A stretch of DNA of 32,000 bases. It comes from Erysipelotrichaceae bacterium (GTDB taxonomy: Bacteria > Bacillota_I > Bacilli_A > Erysipelotrichales > Erysipelotrichaceae). The stretch lies in contig OY781039.1 in NCBI GenBank assembly GCA_963676105.1, forward strand, positions 180,001 to 212,000, in the 5' to 3' direction. Positions 26,406 through 32,000 of the stretch are shown here, piece by piece; the first letter of the stretch is position 1, and the number at the start of each line of letters is the position of its first letter. A program made the position numbers and the translations under genes. Below the pieces are notes generated by a model. The model saw only the letters and a list, made by a program, of their open reading frames with translations, had not been told where the DNA came from and ran no database searches.

Positions 26406-26561
26406 ATATGTAGATTTCATGCGCAAAATCACTTTGTGCATTCGTTAAAATTGCGTTAATATTCATGCTTTTTTAATCAATTGTTGGCTAATTTTTTTTT
26501 ATGTACATTATAGAATAATGATTTTTTTTATGTGAATGAAATCAAGAAGGAGAGTGATTAT

Positions 26562-27767
26562 TTGAATAAGATTAAGAATGAATTATTTAAAGATGTTCCA
26601 CAAGAAAAGTGGAATGATTGGAAATGGCAGGTTTCTAATCGAATTATGGATTTTGAACGCTTAAAAGGTTATGTAAACTTAAAAAATGAAGAGAAAATCT
26701 CTGATTTCCCATTAAGAATGGCGATTACTCCTTATTACTTGAGTTTGATAAATCTTAAAGATAAACAAGATCCAATACGCAAACAAGCAATACCTACCAA
26801 AAGTGAAACGCACATATCCTCATGTGATTTTGAAGATCCACTTGGTGAAGATGAAGATATGGCTGTGCCTGGATTAGTTCATCGTTATCCTGATCGTGTT
26901 TTATTATTGGTTACTGATAAATGTAGTATGTACTGTCGACACTGTACCCGTCGTCGTTTTGCTGGGCAAAAAGATAATAGTTTACCAATCAAACAAATCG
27001 ATGTGGCAATTGAATATATTGAAAGAAATACTCAGATACGAGATGTAATTTTATCCGGTGGAGATCCTTTACTACTTCCTACAGAAGCTATTGAATCGAT
27101 ATTAAAAAAATTGCGCGCAATTGAACATTTAGAAATTATTCGTATTGGTTCAAGAGTTCCAGTTGTTCTACCACAAAGGATTGATGATGAACTTGTGGAT
27201 ATGTTGAAGAAATATCACCCATTATATATCAATACTCATTTCAATCACTATAAAGAAATTACACCTGAATCTAAGGCAGCTTGTGTAAAGTTAGCGGATG
27301 CTGGCATTCCATTAGGAAACCAATCGGTTCTCCTTAGAGGTGTGAATGATTGTGTAAACATTATGAAAAAACTTGTACACGAATTACTCATGATAAGAGT
27401 TAAACCGTATTACATCTATCAATGTGATTTATCTAAGGGGATAGAGCACTTTAGAACACCTATTTCAAAAGGTTTAGAAATTATGGAAGGACTAAGAGGT
27501 CATACTTCAGGAATGGCTGTTCCAACTTTTGTAGTTGATGCACCTGGAGGTGGTGGTAAAATTCCTCTACTTCCAAATTATCTAATTTCGAGAACCTATG
27601 ATAAAACTGTTCTACGAAACTTTAGAGGTGATTTAAGTGTTTATGAAGGACCAAAAAATTATGATGGAGAATGTACGTGTGAACTTTGTCAAAATTCAAA
27701 GGAATCAGAAACGGAAGGTATCTTAGGACACCTCTTAGGTGAAAATATTGTAGGTAATCAAGCTTGA
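26562..27767 (+). CDS. kamA: L-lysine 2,3-aminomutase (radical SAM/PLP, KamA type)
   Basis: 'CSMYCRHCTRRR' (26922-26945), 'ILSGGDPL', 'YIYQCDLSKGIEHFR', 'PTFVVDAPGGGGKIP' (PLP Lys), C-terminal 'CTCELC'. I prefer the TTG at 26562 (AAGGAGAG 7 nt upstream; the N-terminus then reads MNKIKNELF...WNDWKWQ) over the track's GTG at 26532. Confidence 0.93.
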   Translation: MNKIKNELFKDVPQEKWNDWKWQVSNRIMDFERLKGYVNLKNEEKISDFPLRMAITPYYLSLINLKDKQDPIRKQAIPTKSETHISSCDFEDPLGEDEDMAVPGLVHRYPDRVLLLVTDKCSMYCRHCTRRRFAGQKDNSLPIKQIDVAIEYIERNTQIRDVILSGGDPLLLPTEAIESILKKLRAIEHLEIIRIGSRVPVVLPQRIDDELVDMLKKYHPLYINTHFNHYKEITPESKAACVKLADAGIPLGNQSVLLRGVNDCVNIMKKLVHELLMIRVKPYYIYQCDLSKGIEHFRTPISKGLEIMEGLRGHTSGMAVPTFVVDAPGGGGKIPLLPNYLISRTYDKTVLRNFRGDLSVYEGPKNYDGECTCELCQNSKESETEGILGHLLGENIVGNQA

Positions 27768-28963
27768 TTAAGACAATTACGATTATTGGGGGTGGGAATA
27801 GTGCACATGTTCTAATTCCATTACTATCAAAAACGAATTTAACAGTTAATTTACTAACACGTAAACCCGAAAAATGGTCAAATGAAATTGATCTTGATTA
27901 CATTAAACCAAATGGAAAGTTTGTGCAGAGTATGAAAGGACAAATTGATGTTATTTCATCAGATCCAAATGATGTTATTCCACAAGCTGATATCATCATG
28001 TTTTGTATACCTGTTAATGTTTATCGAGAAATGTTACATAGGATTGCACCTTTCATTAAACAAAATAAGCGCGTATATATAGGAACAGTCTATGGTCAAG
28101 GTGGTTTTAATTGGATGTGTAAAGAAATCCAAACAAAATATCATTTAGATAAACTTGTTTCTTTCGCAATTGGACTTATTCCATGGATATGTCGAACAAT
28201 TCAGTATGGTAAAAAAGGATTAGTTTATGGTGCAAAACCTGTTAACTTGGTTGCGGTTAATCCAAAACATGAATTTGCTTTACTAAACAGAGTTTTATTA
28301 TCTCCTATTGTTGAACAATGGTTTGGTCATGGTCGTTTTCAATGTGTAAACCATTTTCTCTCATTAACTTTAAGTGTTGATAATCAAATCATACATACAT
28401 CACGTATGTACGGTTTGTTTAAAGAAACTAAAGGTGTTTGGAATCAGATTGAAGATGTTCCTTTGTTTTATGGGGATTTTTCAGAAAAATCTGCGGACAT
28501 TTTAAAAGGTTTAGACGATGATTATTCGTTAATCCGTTCAGCGATTAAAAAGAAATATAAATTTAATGATTATAAGTGGATGATGGGTTATATTACACAA
28601 GATAATTTAACTAATCTCAACAACAATCAAACAATTATTGAAACTTTTGAAAATTCAAGTACACTTGGTGCCATTAAAACACCCGTTATCGAAGTTAATG
28701 GGCAATGGATACTTAACCGTAAACATCGATTCTTTTATGATGATGTATTTTATGGGTTATGTATTGCGAAGTGGTTTGCTCAGAAACTAAATATTCAAAC
28801 ACCTCATATCGATGACCTTTTAATGTGGGCACAGAGTTACTTAAATGAGCCAATCATAGAAAATAATCGACTAAACTGTGATTCGAGTATGAAAAAAAAT
28901 CCGTTTAAATTCGGACTACCCAGTATTTATGGTTATACTTCGCTTGAGCAAGTAATAGATTAA
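27764..28963 (+). CDS. Opine dehydrogenase-family protein (octopine/nopaline dehydrogenase-like, NAD(P)-dependent)
   Basis: 399 aa. N-terminal Rossmann 'ITIIGGGNSAHVLIPLLS'. Family-like blocks 'GLIPWICRTIQYGKKGLVYGAK', 'NQIIHTSRMYG', 'VPLFYGDFSEKSADILKGLD', 'DDLLMWAQSYL' resemble animal and bacterial opine dehydrogenases as I recall them. The TTG start overlaps the kamA stop (cTTGAtt). Confidence 0.72.
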   Translation: MIKTITIIGGGNSAHVLIPLLSKTNLTVNLLTRKPEKWSNEIDLDYIKPNGKFVQSMKGQIDVISSDPNDVIPQADIIMFCIPVNVYREMLHRIAPFIKQNKRVYIGTVYGQGGFNWMCKEIQTKYHLDKLVSFAIGLIPWICRTIQYGKKGLVYGAKPVNLVAVNPKHEFALLNRVLLSPIVEQWFGHGRFQCVNHFLSLTLSVDNQIIHTSRMYGLFKETKGVWNQIEDVPLFYGDFSEKSADILKGLDDDYSLIRSAIKKKYKFNDYKWMMGYITQDNLTNLNNNQTIIETFENSSTLGAIKTPVIEVNGQWILNRKHRFFYDDVFYGLCIAKWFAQKLNIQTPHIDDLLMWAQSYLNEPIIENNRLNCDSSMKKNPFKFGLPSIYGYTSLEQVID

Positions 28964-28967
28964 AACT

Positions 28968-28992
28968 AACGGATAATAATTTTATCCGTTTT
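28968..28992 (+). terminator. Intrinsic terminator after the opine dehydrogenase gene
   Basis: AACGGATAA-taatt-TTATCCGTT followed by tt. Confidence 0.7.
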
Positions 28993-29012
28993 AATGTGGC
29001 ATAATTGAAGAT

Positions 29013-30167
29013 ATGAAAATTCAAACTATTTTATGTGCACCTGATTCATTTAAGGAAAGTATGAGCGCATCACAGGCATGTGATGCGATGGAAAAAGGAA
29101 TCTTAAGTGTAGATTCAAATATTGAAGTTATAAAAGTTCCAATGGCAGATGGTGGTGAAGGAACTGTTGATGCATTAGTAAGTTCAACAAGAGGACGTAT
29201 TTTTAATGTCAAAGTACATGATCCACTTGGAAGAATCATTGAGTCTAAATATGGGGTATTAGGCGATGGCGAAACAGCTGTCATTGAAATGGCTGCAGCA
29301 AGTGGACTTGAACTTTTGAATGAAGAAGAAAAAAATCCTTATTTAACGACCACTTTTGGAACAGGTGAACTTATTTTAGATGCCTTAGATAAAGGTGTAA
29401 AAAAGTTTTTAATTGGTATAGGTGGTAGTGCAACAAATGATGGTGGTACCGGAATGCTTGAAGCACTAGGTGTTCGATTTTTAGATAAAGACAATAATTG
29501 TTTAAAAATGAATGGTCAGAGATTAATCGATATCCATAAAATTGATATAAGTAGTTTAGATAAACGGCTAAAAGACGTAAAGATAGATGTAGCGTGTGAT
29601 GTCACAAATACTTTATGTGGATTTGAAGGAGCATCCTATGTTTATGGTCCTCAAAAGGGAGCTAATCAAGAAATGGTTGAAGTCTTAGATCAATATTTAA
29701 AACACTATGCAGGTATCATTAAAAAAGATTTAAACAAAGATGTATTAAACATTTCTGGCGGCGGAGCAGCAGGTGGTTTAGGTGTGGCTATGTCTGCTTT
29801 CTTAAATGCTAATCTAAAAAAGGGAATAGACTTAGTTATTCAATATTCTAATCTTGAAGAGAAGTTAATAGATGTTGATTTAGTTTTTACTGCAGAAGGG
29901 AAAATCGACTTTCAAACACGTTTTGGGAAAACGCCGGTAGGTGTTTCAATGCTTGCGCAGAAATATAATATTGATTGTGTGGGGTTTGGCGGTAAGGTAG
30001 ACATTGAGAAAGATGCATTAAAAGATTTAGGGATGAGTCATCTTATTAAAATAACGCCAGATGACATGGATTTAAAGGACGCATTAAAAAACGGAGAAAA
30101 AAATCTTGAGAAAAGTGTAGCCATTTATTTAGAGACTATAATAGATGCAGAGGAGTCAAAATTATGA
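29013..30167 (+). CDS. glxK: Glycerate kinase (GlxK/GarK family)
   Basis: 'ILCAPDSFKESMSA', 'PMADGGEGT', 'IGIGGSATNDGGTGMLEALG', 'ISGGGAAGGLG', 'VFTAEGKIDFQT..GKTP'. Confidence 0.92.
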   Translation: MKIQTILCAPDSFKESMSASQACDAMEKGILSVDSNIEVIKVPMADGGEGTVDALVSSTRGRIFNVKVHDPLGRIIESKYGVLGDGETAVIEMAAASGLELLNEEEKNPYLTTTFGTGELILDALDKGVKKFLIGIGGSATNDGGTGMLEALGVRFLDKDNNCLKMNGQRLIDIHKIDISSLDKRLKDVKIDVACDVTNTLCGFEGASYVYGPQKGANQEMVEVLDQYLKHYAGIIKKDLNKDVLNISGGGAAGGLGVAMSAFLNANLKKGIDLVIQYSNLEEKLIDVDLVFTAEGKIDFQTRFGKTPVGVSMLAQKYNIDCVGFGGKVDIEKDALKDLGMSHLIKITPDDMDLKDALKNGEKNLEKSVAIYLETIIDAEESKL

Positions 30168-30997
30168 AAGTGAAAATTACCACACTCATTGAAAACCACG
30201 AGGACGATCAGCATCAATTAAAATATGAACATGGTTTATCCATGTTAATTGAAACCAGCCGTCAAAAAATACTTTTTGATACAGGTGTAAGTGGAGATTT
30301 TATTGATAATGCGAAGCGTTTAAATGTCGATTTAAGTGATATCGATTACTGTGTCATTTCTCATGGACACTATGATCATGCTGGTGGCTATCGAAAGTAT
30401 GTTGAAAATAGTGAAATGCAATGCCCATTATTTGTGGGATCAAAGTTCTTTAATACAAAGTATCGTTTTGAAAAGGGTGAATATAGTATTAATGGAATAG
30501 ATTTTGATGAAAAGTTATTGATGGAAAAAGGTGTCCCAATCATAAAAATTAGTGATGACACAACAAATTTTCATCCTTCATTTACGATTTTTAAAAATTT
30601 TATTAAATCCAATGACTTTGAAGAAATAGAGAATAGATTCTATTTAAAAGACGGGGATACGTATGTAAAAGACGATTTTAGAGATGAAATTGTTCTTGGG
30701 ATAAATACGACTAAAGGAATTATTTTAGTGGTAGGATGTTCACACATCGGTATCGTTAATATTATTGAGTCAATAAAGAAAAGAACTAAATTACCAATTC
30801 GAGCAGTTATTGGTGGAACTCATCTAAATAAGGCAGATGATAATCGTATTCAAAAAACAATTGAGTATTTAAAATCTTTGAACTTAGAATTGCTTGCGAC
30901 ATCTCATTGTACTGGGGATAAAGCAATGGGGATGTTTAAAGAAGCAATGCCTGAAGTGTTTGAATTAAATAATACAGGACACATTATTGAATTATAA
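30164..30997 (+). CDS. MBL-fold metallo-hydrolase (COG1237-like)
   Basis: 277 aa. 'EHGLSMLIET', 'ILFDTG', HxHxDH motif 'ISHGHYDHAGG', 'VVGCSHIG', 'GGTHL', 'TSHCTG'. ATGA overlap with the glxK stop. Confidence 0.8.
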   Translation: MKVKITTLIENHEDDQHQLKYEHGLSMLIETSRQKILFDTGVSGDFIDNAKRLNVDLSDIDYCVISHGHYDHAGGYRKYVENSEMQCPLFVGSKFFNTKYRFEKGEYSINGIDFDEKLLMEKGVPIIKISDDTTNFHPSFTIFKNFIKSNDFEEIENRFYLKDGDTYVKDDFRDEIVLGINTTKGIILVVGCSHIGIVNIIESIKKRTKLPIRAVIGGTHLNKADDNRIQKTIEYLKSLNLELLATSHCTGDKAMGMFKEAMPEVFELNNTGHIIEL

Positions 30998-31018
30998 AAG
31001 CCAGTTTAAGTGGCTTTA
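30996..31018. terminator. Bidirectional hairpin between the MBL gene (+) and the LuxR-type regulator (-)
   Basis: AAAGCCA-gtttaag-TGGCTTT. It overlaps the minus-strand stop codon. Confidence 0.6.
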
Positions 31019-31992
31019 TTGTTGAAACGAGATAGAAATTCTGCTCGTGATTTAGTGTTAAGTTTTGCATAAATACTTGAGATATGCTTTTTAACAGTCG
31101 ATTCAGAAATAAAACATTGATCAGATATTTCTGAATTACTTAAGCCATTGAGTAGGAATCTTGCGATTTCATGTTCACGATTAGAGAGTATTTTTAATGC
31201 ATCTGAATTTTTTGAACTAGAGAAAAGAAGCGAATCTAATGTAGTTGTGTTATTGATTAAAACATTTTCTTTAGCTTCCTCAATGAGTGCTTCTGTTTCA
31301 ATATTATTATCTTTTAAATTACTGTATCCAATGTTGAGGGATAATTTTAAGGCTTCATTGTTGTAGTAGTACGTATTTTGACTAGCTTTACGATTAATGG
31401 CTTTCGCAATACTATAAGCTCTTTGTTTATTTGTATTATGTAAAACCATGAAGAAACGTGGACCATTTAGTCGAGTAATAAAATCTTGGTCTGATACAAG
31501 ATAGTTTTGAAGTAAACGTGCTGTTTGAGTAATCATCATATCACCAGCTTTTTGCGAGAACTTATCATTAATTTCAAGTAAGTGATTAATACTGAAATAG
31601 ATTAGGGTTAAAGGATCTTCAGTACTTGCGATACTTTCTTCTAATTTTTTAATACCATGATGATATTTAAATGCACCCGTTAATGAGTCTCTAAGAATTT
31701 CAGTTTGAATTTCGGATATCATGTCGTGGAATGTTCCATCTTTAAAATCATCGATATATAAAGAACCATGATTCGTAATATCTTTAATAAGCTCAATAAT
31801 CATCTTTTTATTTTCATGAATGATTGGTAAAGCAACAAACATATAGGTATGACTATCTGTAAAAACAATCTTAAAGAAAGGTTCATTAGTATTGAATGAC
31901 TCATTTGGAATGACGATATCAAATTCATTTTCTTTAATCCAATGATATGTTTTTTTATCTTGTTCATCAAAAATGGCAGTCGCTTCAAACAT
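31006..31992 (-). CDS. Transcriptional regulator: N-terminal unknown domain, degenerate GGDEF domain and C-terminal LuxR-type HTH
   Basis: C-terminus 'LSNREHEIARFLLNGLSNSEISDQCFISESTVKKHISSIYAKLN' (LuxR/GerE HTH). The middle region 'DSLTGAFKY...LIYFSINHLLEINDKFSQKAGDMMI...ITRLNGPRFFMVL' aligns to the GGDEF fold, with NGPRF in place of GGDEF (31453-31467). The frame is open to the window edge, so the N-terminus may be incomplete. Confidence 0.8.
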   Translation of the reverse strand: MFEATAIFDEQDKKTYHWIKENEFDIVIPNESFNTNEPFFKIVFTDSHTYMFVALPIIHENKKMIIELIKDITNHGSLYIDDFKDGTFHDMISEIQTEILRDSLTGAFKYHHGIKKLEESIASTEDPLTLIYFSINHLLEINDKFSQKAGDMMITQTARLLQNYLVSDQDFITRLNGPRFFMVLHNTNKQRAYSIAKAINRKASQNTYYYNNEALKLSLNIGYSNLKDNNIETEALIEEAKENVLINNTTTLDSLLFSSSKNSDALKILSNREHEIARFLLNGLSNSEISDQCFISESTVKKHISSIYAKLNTKSRAEFLSRFNNKAT

Positions 31993-32000
31993 CTTGCGAT

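Noticed and set aside
26419-26448. Mini-ORF ATG CGC AAA ATC ACT TTG TGC ATT CGT TAA (9 codons) as a leader peptide for kamA attenuation.
   Set aside because: It has no Shine-Dalgarno sequence in front and only one Lys codon. It coincides with a hairpin, which explains the sequence better.
26323-26561. Lysine (L-box) riboswitch or T-box upstream of kamA.
   Set aside because: The region lacks the conserved G/C-rich helices and core motifs of the L-box. It has no T-box sequence or specifier-loop arrangement, and it is almost entirely A/T.
26532-27767. The KamA homologue as EpmB (EF-P beta-lysylation) or glutamate 2,3-aminomutase.
   Set aside because: Its length (about 400 aa, with the C-terminal Cys cluster) and retention of both lysine-binding Asp residues fit true lysine 2,3-aminomutase. 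No epmA or efp gene is nearby.

Overview
Low-GC, Firmicutes-like chromosomal window (taxonomy is inferred from composition and gene content only). It is densely coded, and I found no rRNA, tRNA, CRISPR array or recognisable defence system. Content in order: (1) 12-7924, one long + strand operon for pterin-cofactor biosynthesis and tungstate uptake: moeA, a moeA-PBP fusion, moaA, moaC, a MOSC-like gene, moaB, tupB, tupC, a second MOSC gene and tupA. (2) 7980-9606, a divergent aldo/keto reductase and flavodoxin pair; the reductase has a MerR-style promoter with a 19-bp spacer. (3) 9655-10335, a solo IS200-type element (tnpA only). (4) 10457-15179, a 1339-aa LPDTG-anchored multi-Ig surface protein translationally coupled to a class B sortase. 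(5) 15216-18719, zupT, two more aldo/keto reductases and an SDR. (6) 18787-20809, psuK (with a fused HTH) and psuG for pseudouridine catabolism. (7) 20834-26294, a PRD/EIIB/EIIA regulator divergent from a lactose/cellobiose-family PTS IIB-IIC-IIA operon with a GH1 phospho-beta-glycosidase. (8) 26532-28963, lysine 2,3-aminomutase translationally coupled to an opine (octopine/nopaline-type) dehydrogenase homologue. (9) 29013-30997, glycerate kinase coupled to an MBL-fold protein. (10) 31006-31992, a degenerate-GGDEF/LuxR-HTH regulator. The strongest candidate for something undescribed is the kamA-opine dehydrogenase pair, which lacks every known KamA partner gene and may make a beta-lysine opine. 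Next is the GH1 enzyme, whose acid/base Glu is replaced by Gln as in plant myrosinases. All functional calls come from motif recognition by eye; no database search was run.
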